From a virus: a stretch of DNA of 64,000 bases. Shown piece after piece: positions 21,884-32,152 of this stretch. Each line of letters starts with the position of its first letter. The stretch's first letter is position 1. Under the pieces are notes generated by a model. It was not told where the DNA came from and did no database searches. It saw only the letters and a list, made by a program, of their open reading frames with translations. Location of the stretch: UHGV virus genome UHGV-0133741. The stretch is one strand, 5' to 3'. The translations under genes were made by a program, and so were the position numbers.

Positions 21884-22762
21884 GTGAGTATGCATCAAGT
21901 CGTCAGCTTTTCAGGTGGACGAACATCAGCTTATCTCGTTCATCTGATGGAAGCACAGCGAAAAGCTGGCGCTAGCGTCCATTTCATTTTTATGGATACC
22001 GGCTGTGAACATCCTCTGACGTATCGCTTTATTCGTGAGGTTGTGAAGTTCTGGAACGTACCGCTAACGGTGTTGCAGGTCGATATAAATCCAGAACTTG
22101 GGCAGCCAAATGGTTATACGGAATGGGAACCAAAGGATATTCAGACGCGAATGCCGGTGATTAAACCGTTTATGGACATGGTTAAAAAGTACGGTACGCC
22201 ATACATCGGCGGCGCGTTCTGTACTGACAGGCTAAAACTCACCCCTTTCATGAAATATTGCGATGACCATTTTGGGCGAGGGAATTACATCACATGGCTG
22301 GGTATTCGTGCGGACGAACACCGTAGGCTGAAACTGAAACCGGGCGTCCGGTATCTTGCAGAGCTGTCAGATTTTGATAAGTCGGATGTTATCCGGTGGT
22401 GGCGAAAACAACCTTTTGATTTGCAAATCCCGGAGCACCTCGGGAACTGTGTTTTTTGCATCAAAAAGTCAACGCAAAAGCTGGGGCTTGCATGTAAAGA
22501 CGAACCTGGTCTGATGCGGGTTTTTAATGAACTGGTTACAGGCAAACACGTCAGGGATGGTCATCGCAGAACAGGTAAAGACGTTATGTACCGTGGCCAC
22601 CTGACGCTTGACGGGATTGCCAGAATGTATGCCGACAGTGACTACAGAAATTTGTATCAGGCGATGGTGCTGGCCAAGCGGTTTGATACTGGTTCGTGTT
22701 CCGAATCATGTGAAATCTGGGGTGACCAATTGGAGTTGAAATTCGAAGAGGTAGTGGAATGA
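21884..22762 (+). CDS. PAPS reductase-family (PP-loop ATP pyrophosphatase-like) protein
   Basis: 292 aa; PP-loop-like VVSFSGGRTSAY near the N-terminus; Cys-rich C-terminal region. Confidence 0.65.
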   Translation: MSMHQVVSFSGGRTSAYLVHLMEAQRKAGASVHFIFMDTGCEHPLTYRFIREVVKFWNVPLTVLQVDINPELGQPNGYTEWEPKDIQTRMPVIKPFMDMVKKYGTPYIGGAFCTDRLKLTPFMKYCDDHFGRGNYITWLGIRADEHRRLKLKPGVRYLAELSDFDKSDVIRWWRKQPFDLQIPEHLGNCVFCIKKSTQKLGLACKDEPGLMRVFNELVTGKHVRDGHRRTGKDVMYRGHLTLDGIARMYADSDYRNLYQAMVLAKRFDTGSCSESCEIWGDQLELKFEEVVE

Positions 22763-22962
22763 CAATCGTAAAAACCCATACCGGTACCGTGATCACCAAA
22801 GATGGCCCGAAGGTAAAAAAACTGCACCAAACAGAGCGGATGTGGGTCGTTGGCAAAAACGAGTTTTACCACAAAGAAACTGGACGCCGCCATTTTGCAG
22901 AAAATACGCGCCGCCGACTGCTGTTAGACACCATCAAGCCTATCGAGGTGAAGCATGTTTAA
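22759..22962 (+). CDS. hypothetical small protein
   Basis: 67 aa; start overlaps the preceding stop (ATGA). Confidence 0.35.
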   Translation: MTIVKTHTGTVITKDGPKVKKLHQTERMWVVGKNEFYHKETGRRHFAENTRRRLLLDTIKPIEVKHV

Positions 22963-23194
22963 ACAGAACGAAAAAGCTATCGCTCAAATTGCTGATTATA
23001 TCCCGCGTGCGTGCCGGGGTATGCAGTTGCAGGAAGCCAAAGCGCGCCTAGAGAAAAAAATTGCGCTCTATATTGATGACGGATGTGATGCCGCCGTTCT
23101 TAACGCGGCGTTCGCACCAGCTCTTAACTGTCACACTCGGGAGTCTTTTTTTTCGTGCATCGCAGCGCAACTCCGCCAAGGAGGCAACCAGTGA
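22955..23194 (+). CDS. hypothetical small protein
   Basis: 79 aa; overlaps upstream gene by 8 nt; its TGA overlaps the GTG start of the next gene. Confidence 0.35.
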   Translation: MFKQNEKAIAQIADYIPRACRGMQLQEAKARLEKKIALYIDDGCDAAVLNAAFAPALNCHTRESFFSCIAAQLRQGGNQ

Positions 23195-23541
23195 GTAACC
23201 GTTTTTACATGATGTGCTTGCGTGAAACCGTGGGTAATAACGCCTCATTCCATTGCCATAACGGCAATGGTTACAGCTCTGATATCGATCGCGCTCATGT
23301 TTACACGCTGGAAGAAGCCCAAAAAGCCTGGAATTGTGGGCGAGATATCGAGCCACCTATTAGCGCCAATCTTGATGTTGCTGGTGGCAGGCTGGTTTCG
23401 GTTCTATTTGGTGATTACCGCGACGACTTCTTTCAGCCTGAAGAAGTTGATGTAGTGCGAGAAGCATTAAACGAGCTAAGTGTTGATAACGATGATGCTC
23501 ATGCGGAAATCATCAAAAAAATGGAACTGCTAACTCACTGA
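23191..23541 (+). CDS. hypothetical protein
   Basis: GTG start with AAGGAGG RBS at a 6-nt spacing; 116 aa. Confidence 0.4.
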   Translation: MSNRFYMMCLRETVGNNASFHCHNGNGYSSDIDRAHVYTLEEAQKAWNCGRDIEPPISANLDVAGGRLVSVLFGDYRDDFFQPEEVDVVREALNELSVDNDDAHAEIIKKMELLTH

Positions 23542-23719
23542 ATTATCAATTATGGTGCTATCACCTACGACACCGAGAGAAATTTTATAATGTCAAAAGT
23601 AAATGTTTTGATTTTTTCAGCAATTGTTGGCTTTGGTTTTACTGCCGGAGTGCAGATTTATATTGCGTGGGAAAAAATCATCAACTACGCATGGAGTTGT
23701 TTTATTAAGTGAGGTAAGT

Positions 23720-24013
23720 ATGTGGAGAGGTAATAGTCATGGCAAAAGCCAGATGATACTTACCGAATATCAGCTCGACCACAAAACCAATAAATCACGT
23801 TCAGTATATTTGCTTCGCCACAATAGCCGCGTAAGGAATACCGTGCTGGAGCAAAATCTGACCGTTGAAATGGATAATTACGGGGGCTTCAAGCCAACAA
23901 TATCGCTTGATGATTTTCCTCGTGGTTTAAGCGAAAGAGAAGCAATGCTGAAATTAGCAGAATGGCTACAAAGATTAAGCATTGCTATTGAAGATAACTG
24001 GTCTGAACCTTAA
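23720..24013 (+). CDS. hypothetical protein
   Basis: ATG with GAGGTAAG RBS (MWRGNSHGKSQ...); 97 aa. Confidence 0.4.
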   Translation: MWRGNSHGKSQMILTEYQLDHKTNKSRSVYLLRHNSRVRNTVLEQNLTVEMDNYGGFKPTISLDDFPRGLSEREAMLKLAEWLQRLSIAIEDNWSEP

Positions 24014-24348
24014 ATTAATATGATGACACTAAAACATTTTCTTGACCGCACATTATGGGCGGCAGCCGCAGGCTATGACTTTAATTATATGGATTGCATG
24101 TCTTATACCGCTAATCCATACGACCATTCGTTCAGCCTGCTGTTTAATTCTTTAAGAATATTGCCGCAAACAGAAGTTGGATAGCTTCATTTATGGCTAT
24201 TGGGCTTTATCGCGGCTGTCGTTGGCATTGCTGTATGGCCTTTTATTTTCTGGCTGGAGACATACCGGAAAAAGTATTTCTTAGGTGATGGAATGACTGA
24301 TATTGCCAAAATAAACATTGAAAAATGGACTAAGGAATGTGAAAAGAA

Positions 24349-24993
24349 ATGGCGGAAATGACCAGAATCACTGAAGAGCGTATATCAGAGATTATTTCCC
24401 GTATCGAAATGTATGGTCACGGTGCTGGACATACGGCAGATGAAGTATTGGAAATAGCCCAGCAGATGCTGGCCTTGAGACAAAAAGAGCAACATGAAAG
24501 TAATACGTGTAGATTGAATTTTGAGCAGTGGCTGGAACAGCAACGCGGAAAAATCAATGTGGACTGTGGTTGTGTGTCCACTGAAACATTCATGCACTGG
24601 CTGCGGGTAGCCTACGAGGCTGGCAACTATCCGGATATTCCGGATAGTTCGGTGCCAACGCCAGGAAAGGGCGTCACCGGTGAACGTATCCGCATTAAGC
24701 CGCATGTTTATCGCGAACTGGTTAACCACCTCCACGATACAGCGATCAAGTGTGCTGGCACCCAGCAATTACGAGAAAAAATTAGCCGTGTTTTGGGCGA
24801 CGTTATTACGCCAGATCATCATAAACAAGTCGAGAAAAGTGGCTTGGAAAGATGTCACCTTGAGGCGGCATTAAACATTAAGCCGGGGCATACGCTTGGC
24901 ATTATTGATGCACTATTGGTTCATAAGATGGCCAGGGCTTTACTGCCGCTGGTGGCTGATAAGCATGAGGCGGATCATGCCAACGAAAGCTGA
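24349..24993 (+). CDS. hypothetical protein
   Basis: 214-aa ORF with no recognised motif. Confidence 0.45.
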   Translation: MAEMTRITEERISEIISRIEMYGHGAGHTADEVLEIAQQMLALRQKEQHESNTCRLNFEQWLEQQRGKINVDCGCVSTETFMHWLRVAYEAGNYPDIPDSSVPTPGKGVTGERIRIKPHVYRELVNHLHDTAIKCAGTQQLREKISRVLGDVITPDHHKQVEKSGLERCHLEAALNIKPGHTLGIIDALLVHKMARALLPLVADKHEADHANES

Positions 24994-25092
24994 ACAACAT
25001 GTACTCCACATTGGTATAAATATGGATGATACCAATAACATATTGATATAATAGCAATATGTTGCCAGAGTTAGAAATAAGGAGGATAATCA

Positions 25093-25521
25093 ATGGCAAA
25101 ACAATTTTGTGTGTTCATTATTGCAATATTACTAATTGCTTGTGACTCTAAAACAGTCGTGCACACAGACTACAATATAAATTTATGCAAGAATCTAACT
25201 TTTAACGCGGTTTATAAAGCGGCTGAAAAAAATCATAAACTGGCTGGTTTTAATTCAAATATGAGGGATGCAGTGCTTGCCGTTGCTGGGGATGTTTGCG
25301 CACAAACCATAGAGAATACTCTTTATGAACCGGAAAAATACATTTTTATTCGCGAAAAAGATAAATACGTTCATGAAAAAGCAGATAATGGCAGTTTGTT
25401 AAAAGTGACGGAGGAGTTGCCTGCTGTAATTGATTTGGCCAAAACATATGGCAATATGTTGGCGTTAAAAAACAAGGATGATGCGCGGATATTTGCTGAA
25501 AAGGCTAATAAGATACCTTGA
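25093..25521 (+). CDS. lipoprotein
   Basis: Signal peptide with lipobox LIAC (MAKQFCVFIIAILLIACDS); GGAGG RBS. Confidence 0.5.
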   Translation: MAKQFCVFIIAILLIACDSKTVVHTDYNINLCKNLTFNAVYKAAEKNHKLAGFNSNMRDAVLAVAGDVCAQTIENTLYEPEKYIFIREKDKYVHEKADNGSLLKVTEELPAVIDLAKTYGNMLALKNKDDARIFAEKANKIP

Positions 25522-25610
25522 GAGGTTGATGCAGAGAGTCTTTCATACCTCATAAACGGCATATTTGCGAAATGTATGTGTGTTCAGATTGGTGTCAGAC
25601 TTTTATGCTA

Positions 25611-25642
25611 AAATCCCCTCTGTAAACTGAGGGGATTTTTGT
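25611..25642 (+). terminator. intrinsic terminator
   Basis: AAATCCCCTC-TGTAAACT-GAGGGGATTT hairpin followed by a T-run. Confidence 0.6.
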
Positions 25643-25644
25643 AT

Positions 25645-25911
25645 ATGTTGCATAGAGTTTTATGGAAAAGCGTTATTGTTGGCGCGATGTTGGCAGTGTC
25701 TGGATGTGCGATGGTGCAATACAATGACGGCGAAAAGGTTAGCATCCAGTCAGATGGTTGGTATGGCCTGGATAGCCTGCAAAAAACCGCAGATAAAGCC
25801 TGTCAGCAATATGGGAAGTCTAAAGCTGTATATCAGCATAGCGCGAACGCTAATCCCCATCTCGCTCCCGGTTCGGGGGTTCAGAATACCATCTGGAAAT
25901 GTGAGCTTTAA
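25645..25911 (+). CDS. small lipoprotein
   Basis: Signal peptide with lipobox VSGC (MLHRVLWKSVIVGAMLAVSGC); 88 aa. Confidence 0.45.
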   Translation: MLHRVLWKSVIVGAMLAVSGCAMVQYNDGEKVSIQSDGWYGLDSLQKTADKACQQYGKSKAVYQHSANANPHLAPGSGVQNTIWKCEL

Positions 25912-25929
25912 ACATGAGCAACTGCAATA

Positions 25930-26484
25930 TTGCAGCTAAAAGCCAGGAAGAATGGAATTATGACAAAATTTGGAAAGCTGGAAGCTCATTTGCTAACTCG
26001 TAACTACCGCCATGATATACATCCATATAGACAGTGGATCGATGAAAGTGAAGGAGTAGTTACATTCCCTCTATACAGGTTTGATGGGATGTTGGCTGGG
26101 TATCAGACATATAGACCAGGTGCTCCTAAGCAGCATAGCAATCCGAAGATGGCCCGGTATTTCACGCGATCACACGGCAGACAGTTACTTTGGGGAACCT
26201 ATCTTCCTTTAAAAGATGGCCCAATATGGATAACTGAGTCTATTTTTAAGAGCGCAGCTGTACACAACGCGGGCGGCAATTCGTGGGCGCTGTTAGGTTC
26301 GACTTTCTCAGCAGGATTACGTCGTCAACTTGCGATGCTGCCGTATGACTTTCGTGTAATAGGTGACAATGATGCGGCTGGTGATTCACTTGTGAAGTCT
26401 TTCGGAAAAGGTTTTGTGGCCCCGGATCTTGACGAGCTACAACCACATGAAGTGTCTCATTTGATTTTTAGCCATAGCCAATAA
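25930..26484 (+). CDS. Toprim-domain-like protein
   Basis: 184 aa; conserved Glu (ITESIF) and DxD (VIGDNDAAGD) in Toprim-like spacing. Confidence 0.45.
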   Translation: MQLKARKNGIMTKFGKLEAHLLTRNYRHDIHPYRQWIDESEGVVTFPLYRFDGMLAGYQTYRPGAPKQHSNPKMARYFTRSHGRQLLWGTYLPLKDGPIWITESIFKSAAVHNAGGNSWALLGSTFSAGLRRQLAMLPYDFRVIGDNDAAGDSLVKSFGKGFVAPDLDELQPHEVSHLIFSHSQ

Positions 26485-26562
26485 GCATCTCTCCCCTTTA
26501 AGGCCACAATTAGTGGCCTTAAATAATGTGTTTTCTACCTCGATTTAGCCTCTATTATCGTT

Positions 26563-26895
26563 TTGCATTTCTCTAATCCGGTCCAGAATAACTTCATGCG
26601 GGCGGCAGACAGCCATCACCGTGAGGGAATATTGCAGGGTGCTTTGCTGGTGGTTGATTCTTCGCTTACTCCAGTTGATGGTTCGCTGCTTGTGTGCGCT
26701 ATGGAGGGTGAATATCGCATAAAGAGATACCGAAAGTACCCGCGCCAGCACCTGGAGGATTTAAGCACCGGGAAGAAAGAGGCGTTACCAGTAGATGACG
26801 ATGGTTACACGGGTAGTAATGCTGTTTTTGGTGTGATCACTCATGTCATCAATGATGCCCGAAGTGAGGAGTTTGATGATTGTCCGGTCATTTAA
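26563..26895 (+). CDS. humD: UmuD'-like (S24 peptidase family) protein
   Basis: C-terminal half aligns by eye with UmuD' (LLVVDSSLTPVDGSLLVCAMEGEYRIKRY...VFGVITHVI); TTG start, alternative ATG at 26596; position just upstream of phd-doc. Confidence 0.6.
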   Translation: MHFSNPVQNNFMRAADSHHREGILQGALLVVDSSLTPVDGSLLVCAMEGEYRIKRYRKYPRQHLEDLSTGKKEALPVDDDGYTGSNAVFGVITHVINDARSEEFDDCPVI

Positions 26896-26967
26896 GCTGC
26901 AAAGTGCTGGTGCTTTATGCCTGTGAAGTTTATAATTGTGTACACATAACGAGTACACGAGGTGTTT

Positions 26968-27189
26968 ATGCAATCCATTAACTTCCGTACCGCGCGCGGC
27001 AACCTTTCTGAAGTGCTCAACAATGTTGAAGCCGGGGAAGAGGTTGAAATCACCCGCAGAGGCCGTGAGTCAGCAGTAATTGTCAGCAAGGCTACTTTCG
27101 AAGCCTACAAAAAAGCGGCGCTGGATGCTGAATTTGCATCCCTGTTTGACACCCTGGACTCCACCAACAAGGAACTGGTTAACCGATAA
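26968..27189 (+). CDS. phd: Phd antitoxin
   Basis: 73 aa, [32 protein letters not shown]..., matches remembered P1 Phd. Confidence 0.9.
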   Translation: MQSINFRTARGNLSEVLNNVEAGEEVEITRRGRESAVIVSKATFEAYKKAALDAEFASLFDTLDSTNKELVNR

Positions 27190-27569
27190 TGAGGCATATA
27201 TCACCGGAAGAACTTATTGCGCTTCATGATGCGAATATAAACCGCTACGGCGGCCTGCCGGGAATGTCAGATCCGGGTAGGGCAGAGGCCATTATCGGGA
27301 GAGTTCAGGCCAGAGTTGCCTACGAAGAGATCACCGACCTTTTCGAAGTCTCCGCCACCTACCTGGTGGCTACAGCGAGAGGGCATATATTCAATGATGC
27401 CAATAAGCGTACCGCGCTAAACAGTGCGCTGCTATTTCTACGCCGTAACGGGGTGCAGGTATTTGATTCACCTGAACTGGCAGACCTTACTGTAGGCGCT
27501 GCGACTGGCGAGATATCTGTATCTTCTGTCGCCGACACGTTACGTAGATTGTATGGTTCTGCGGAGTAG
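27189..27569 (+). CDS. doc: Doc toxin (Fic-fold kinase)
   Basis: 126 aa directly coupled to phd (ATGA overlap); Fic-like motif [11 protein letters not shown]. Confidence 0.9.
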   Translation: MRHISPEELIALHDANINRYGGLPGMSDPGRAEAIIGRVQARVAYEEITDLFEVSATYLVATARGHIFNDANKRTALNSALLFLRRNGVQVFDSPELADLTVGAATGEISVSSVADTLRRLYGSAE

Positions 27570-27753
27570 ATTAATGGCACGCAAATACAACAAATTGTCC
27601 CGTGAAGCGTTAAAGATGCTTCTTGATGGCGTGAGTCGCCGCAAGGTAAAGCAATACCTGGTTGGTAAGCAAATTGGAATCAGGACCGCTATTGCTGTGT
27701 TATGCCGTCAGGAAATGGTTGCGCTTAAACAGAGAATGCCGGGCAGCAGATAA
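27553..27753 (+). CDS. small basic protein downstream of doc
   Basis: 66-aa ORF overlapping the doc 3' end. Confidence 0.35.
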   Translation: MVLRSRLMARKYNKLSREALKMLLDGVSRRKVKQYLVGKQIGIRTAIAVLCRQEMVALKQRMPGSR

Positions 27754-27780
27754 AGCCCAATCAGTGATGAAAGGTGTGAT

Positions 27781-28824
27781 GTGAAAGCCGTAATTACTCC
27801 CTTTGTACAGAAAGAGCTTGGCCTCGCCACGTTCAAAGTGGATCAGGAGGTCAGAAAGCTGGTGGAGGCTGGCCGTAAATTTATTATGGAGCCGGTGCCG
27901 CGTGAGTTAATCGAGCACATGGAAGACGGCCTCGTTGTTACCGAGCAAACCATGGCTACAAATGAGGCGTTGCAGCCGTTTTTTAACAGCGATGAACTGT
28001 TTCGCCGTATTGGTGGAATTGACGCGCTGGTGGCGTGGTTGCGTAGGAAAGAGGGTCAATGCCAGGCCGCAGATCGTAGTTGGTGTGACAACCATATTGT
28101 CCACGCTGAACGAGACAATAGCGCGGTGTTGTTGTGCTGGCATCACGATAACCATTATCGGATGCGTGGTTTTAATGAGCTGAAAGAAACGCTGCACAAT
28201 AATCGCGTTAACTGGATACTGGATGTCGCCCGTCAGGAAATGGGCCTTTCAAATAGCCATGATTTAAGTATTCAGGAGCTGTGCTGGTGGGCTTTCATGC
28301 GCAACATGATGCACCTGATGCCGGAAGAAGTCTGCCGCATATCAATAAATAAGATGAAGGCTACTCCGCAGGATAGCGGACCTCTGAAAGAGGCGGATAT
28401 TCGCCCGTATGACGATCGTGCTACAGCATATGTTCAGATGATGGAAGAACGCGCCGCGCCGATGCGTACAAAAGTATGCCCTGTGGATGTTGACTCCGAC
28501 CCAGGTATGGCGCATTTCAAAATACCAAAACTTCAATCGCTAAAATTGCCCGAGTACATGGACTTTGTGGCTTCCCGTCCATGCTGTGGCTGTGGAGCTG
28601 CGGGAGCTGGCGCTCACATTACGCCTTATATCGTTCGTCATAGTCGATTATGCGCGCATGACATTTATGCTATTCCTCTTTGCCAGTCATGCCAGCGTGA
28701 TATTGAGCGTGACCGCGATAATTGGGAGAAGACGCACGGTAGGCTGGCGATGCATCAACGATTGTTCTTTGATTACGCGCTTGGAGTCGGCGCTATCACA
28801 AGTCACTCGTCGAGCGTTAGATAA
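27781..28824 (+). CDS. hypothetical Cys-rich protein downstream of doc
   Basis: 347 aa; C-terminal Cys cluster ([15 protein letters not shown]...CQSCQRD). Confidence 0.5.
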   Translation: MKAVITPFVQKELGLATFKVDQEVRKLVEAGRKFIMEPVPRELIEHMEDGLVVTEQTMATNEALQPFFNSDELFRRIGGIDALVAWLRRKEGQCQAADRSWCDNHIVHAERDNSAVLLCWHHDNHYRMRGFNELKETLHNNRVNWILDVARQEMGLSNSHDLSIQELCWWAFMRNMMHLMPEEVCRISINKMKATPQDSGPLKEADIRPYDDRATAYVQMMEERAAPMRTKVCPVDVDSDPGMAHFKIPKLQSLKLPEYMDFVASRPCCGCGAAGAGAHITPYIVRHSRLCAHDIYAIPLCQSCQRDIERDRDNWEKTHGRLAMHQRLFFDYALGVGAITSHSSSVR

Positions 28825-28825
28825 A

Positions 28826-28842
28826 ATTGCTCTAATGTATTG
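28826..28842. promoter_or_regulatory. C1 operator-like site
   Basis: ATTGCTCTAATGTATTG, 14/17; immediately upstream of the lpa-like gene. Confidence 0.5.
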
Positions 28843-28912
28843 CTATTTCTTCAATCGATGGTATTATATTCGACGTTGATTAGTTGACATGGGCTAATCA
28901 GTAGGTGACAGG

Positions 28913-29365
28913 ATGTTACTTAACTGGCAGGGACGCCACTTCATGGAAATAAATCACTCACGAATAACATCGTACGAGATTGCGGATTACATGATCCGCA
29001 CTAAATCTCTTCTATCAGCGAAAGAACTCGCAGCAATTCTTGAAAAGGAATACCCGCATCTGGATGTCGATAAGCGCGATGTTTATCTGCGCTTAAAGGC
29101 TATCGCTGTGTCTAAGTATTCGTCTGTTTTGATTGATGACAGTACACGTCCACGTAGATTTCAGATCCACTCTCTGAATCCTGAATTCTTTCGCCGCAGC
29201 CGCGCTCCGCGCCGGTTTGATGAAAAACTCCAGAACGAACTCTATATGACGCAGGACGAAAAGGAACGTCGGGAGCACCAGCCTTGGGTAATGGCGCGTC
29301 AACTTTTCAATAAGGTGGCCCGTCAGCACCGTCATTACGGTAATGCCACATCCGCACGTATCTGA
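28913..29365 (+). CDS. lpa: putative late promoter activator
   Basis: About 150 aa directly upstream of pacA, as in the P1 lpa-pacA-pacB arrangement (synteny only). Confidence 0.45.
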   Translation: MLLNWQGRHFMEINHSRITSYEIADYMIRTKSLLSAKELAAILEKEYPHLDVDKRDVYLRLKAIAVSKYSSVLIDDSTRPRRFQIHSLNPEFFRRSRAPRRFDEKLQNELYMTQDEKERREHQPWVMARQLFNKVARQHRHYGNATSARI

Positions 29366-29450
29366 TTGATTGCTTGCCCGTTCCGGGCCTTTTGACATGT
29401 GACTTTCGTTACCCTCGCGTCAAAAAGAGTTTTTACGAAAGGAAGCATAA

Positions 29451-30644
29451 GTGACCTGGGACGATCACAAGAAGAATTTTGCTCGCCTGGCGCGAGATGG
29501 TGGTTACACCATCGCACAGTATGCCGCCGAGTTTAATCTTAACCCTAATACTGCACGTCGTTATCTCCGTGCCTTCAAAGAAGACACCAGGACAGCGGAC
29601 AGCCGCAAGCCAAATAAGCCAGTCAGGAAGCCACTAAAAAGCATGATCATTGATCACTCTAATGATCAACATGCAGGTGATCACATTGCGGCTGAAATAG
29701 CGGAAAAACAAAGGGTTAATGCCGTTGTCAGTGCCGCAGTCGAGAATGCGAAGCGCCAAAATAAGCGCATAAATGATCGTTCAGATGATCATGACGTGAT
29801 CACCCGCGCCCACCGGACCTTACGTGATCGCCTGGAACGCGACACCCTGGATGATGATGGTGAACGCTTTGAATTCGAAGCTGGCGATTACCTGATAGAT
29901 AACGTTGAAGCGCGGAAGGCCGCGCGCGCTATGTTGCGTCGTTCCGGAGCTGATGTTCTGGAAACCACTCTTCTGGAAAAGTCTCTTTCTCATCTCCTTA
30001 TGCTGGAGAACGCCAGGGATACGTGTATTCGCCTGGTGCAGGAAATGCGCGATCAGCAAAAAGGCGATGATGAAGGTACTCCACCTGAATACCGTATCGC
30101 GAGCATGCTAAACAGCTGTTCCGCGCAGATAAGCAGCCTGATCAACACCATTTACAGCATCCGGAATAACTATCGAAAAGAAAGCCGGGAGGCGGAAAAG
30201 CACGCTTTGTCTATGGGGCAAGCTGGCATTGTTAAACTGGCATACGAACGAAAGCGTGAAAATAACTGGTCAGTGCTGGAAGCAGCTGAATTCATCGAGG
30301 CGCATGGCGGGAAAGTGCCGCCCCTGATGCTGGAGCAAATCAAAGCCGATCTGCGTGCTCCTAAGACCAATACCGATGATGAGGAAAGGCAAACAGCCGT
30401 CGGTGGCCCTTCTCTTGAAGATCTGGACAAAGTTGCGCGAGAACGGGCCGCCAACCGCCGCGTCGATGCCGCATTGTGGATTGAGCAGCGTAGGGAAGAA
30501 ATCGCCGATATCGTTGATACAGGCGGTTATGGAGATGTTGATACTGAAGGTGTATCAAACGACCCATGGCTGGAACAAGACCTGGACGAAGACGAGGAGG
30601 AAGACGAAGAAGTTACCCGCAAGCTATACGGGGATGATGATTAA
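29451..30644 (+). CDS. pacA: terminase small subunit PacA
   Basis: 397 aa; GTG start with AAGGAAG RBS; contains the hexamer pac repeats; acidic C-terminus. Confidence 0.85.
   Translation: MTWDDHKKNFARLARDGGYTIAQYAAEFNLNPNTARRYLRAFKEDTRTADSRKPNKPVRKPLKSMIIDHSNDQHAGDHIAAEIAEKQRVNAVVSAAVENAKRQNKRINDRSDDHDVITRAHRTLRDRLERDTLDDDGERFEFEAGDYLIDNVEARKAARAMLRRSGADVLETTLLEKSLSHLLMLENARDTCIRLVQEMRDQQKGDDEGTPPEYRIASMLNSCSAQISSLINTIYSIRNNYRKESREAEKHALSMGQAGIVKLAYERKRENNWSVLEAAEFIEAHGGKVPPLMLEQIKADLRAPKTNTDDEERQTAVGGPSLEDLDKVARERAANRRVDAALWIEQRREEIADIVDTGGYGDVDTEGVSNDPWLEQDLDEDEEEDEEVTRKLYGDDD
29644..29830 (+). other. pac packaging site (TGATCA/G hexamer clusters)
   Basis: Four TGATCA between 29644 and 29683, then TGATCG/TGATCA/TGATCA/TGATCG between 29774 and 29830, each containing a Dam GATC site. 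Confidence 0.75.
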
Positions 30645-32128
30645 TGGCCAGAAGTTGCGTAACGGATCCACGTTGGCGCGAGCTGGTGGCGCTATATCGT
30701 TATGACTGGATTGCGGCCGCTGATGTTTTGTTCGGCAAAACACCTACCTGGCAGCAGGATCTGATTATTGAGTCTGTGCAGGAACAGGGTAGCAAGACAT
30801 CTGTTTCGTCTGGTCACGGTACCGGGAAATCAGACATGACTTCTATCATGATCATGTTGTTCATAATCATGTATCCCGGTGCCCGAGCCATTATCGTTGC
30901 GAACAAAATTCAGCAGGTAATGACCGGTATATTCAAGTACATCAAGATAAACTGGGCTACTGCCACCAGCCGTTTTCCATGGCTTGCTGATTATTTTGTT
31001 CTGACAGAAACCGCTTTCTATGAGGTTACTGGTAAAGGTGTATGGACTGTAGTACCGAAGGGCTTTCGTCTGGGAAGTGAAGAAGCTCTCGCCGGTGAAC
31101 ACGCAGATCATCTTCTGTATATTATCGATGAAGCCTCCGGTGTCAGTGATAGAGCTTTCGGTATCATCACCGGTGCTCTTACCGGACAGGATAACCGCAT
31201 CTTATTGCTGTCACAGCCTACACGCCTAAGCGGCTATTTCTACGATACACACCATAAACTGGCCAAGCGTCCTGGTAACCCTGATGGCGTTTATACGGCG
31301 ATCACGCTTAACAGTGAGGAATCACCGTTGGTAACGCCAGCATTTATCAAAATGAAGCTGGCGGAGTACGGCGGGCGTGATAACCCTATGTACATGATTA
31401 AGGTACGCGGCCTATTCCCTAAATCACAGGATGGCTTCCTTCTTGGACGTGATGAGGTTGAACGTGCAACGCGGCGGAAAGTCAAGATTGCAAAAGGATG
31501 GGGCTGGCTTGCATGTGTGGACGTTGCTGGTGGTACGGGACGGGATAAGTCCGTTATCAATATTATGATGGTGTCCGGCCAGCGAAATAAACGCCGTGTA
31601 ATCAACTATCGAATGCTGGAATACACAGACGTTACAGAAACGCAGCTTGCCGCCAAAATTTTCGCAGAATGTAATCCTGAGCGATTCCCAAATATCACCA
31701 TAGCGATAGACGGCGATGGCCTGGGTAAAGCAACGGCGGATCTGATGTACGAGTATTATGGTATTACCGTACAGCGTATACGCTGGGGTAAAAAGATGCA
31801 TAGCCGTGAAGATAAGAGCCTGTACTTTGATAAACGTGCTTATGCCAACGTTCAAGCCGCAGAGGCCGTAAAATCTGGTCGTATGAGACTGGATAAGGGT
31901 AATGAAACTATTGAGGAAGCGTCGAAAATCCCTGTAGGGATTAACTCCGCAGGTCAATGGAAGGTGATGAGTAAGGAGGATATGAAGAAAAAACTCAACC
32001 TGCACTCACCAGACCATTGGGATACATATTGTTTCGCTATGCTGGCGGATTATGTTCCCCAGGATGAAGTGCTTAGCGTCGAAGACGAAGCGCAGGTTGA
32101 TGAAGCTCTGGCATGGCTTAATGAATAA
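30644..32128 (+). CDS. pacB: terminase large subunit PacB
   Basis: 494 aa; Walker A SGHGTGKS, Walker [10 protein letters not shown]; start overlaps the pacA stop. Confidence 0.88.
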   Translation: MARSCVTDPRWRELVALYRYDWIAAADVLFGKTPTWQQDLIIESVQEQGSKTSVSSGHGTGKSDMTSIMIMLFIIMYPGARAIIVANKIQQVMTGIFKYIKINWATATSRFPWLADYFVLTETAFYEVTGKGVWTVVPKGFRLGSEEALAGEHADHLLYIIDEASGVSDRAFGIITGALTGQDNRILLLSQPTRLSGYFYDTHHKLAKRPGNPDGVYTAITLNSEESPLVTPAFIKMKLAEYGGRDNPMYMIKVRGLFPKSQDGFLLGRDEVERATRRKVKIAKGWGWLACVDVAGGTGRDKSVINIMMVSGQRNKRRVINYRMLEYTDVTETQLAAKIFAECNPERFPNITIAIDGDGLGKATADLMYEYYGITVQRIRWGKKMHSREDKSLYFDKRAYANVQAAEAVKSGRMRLDKGNETIEEASKIPVGINSAGQWKVMSKEDMKKKLNLHSPDHWDTYCFAMLADYVPQDEVLSVEDEAQVDEALAWLNE

Positions 32129-32152
32129 CTCATTGACCATGCCGGATAGAAA

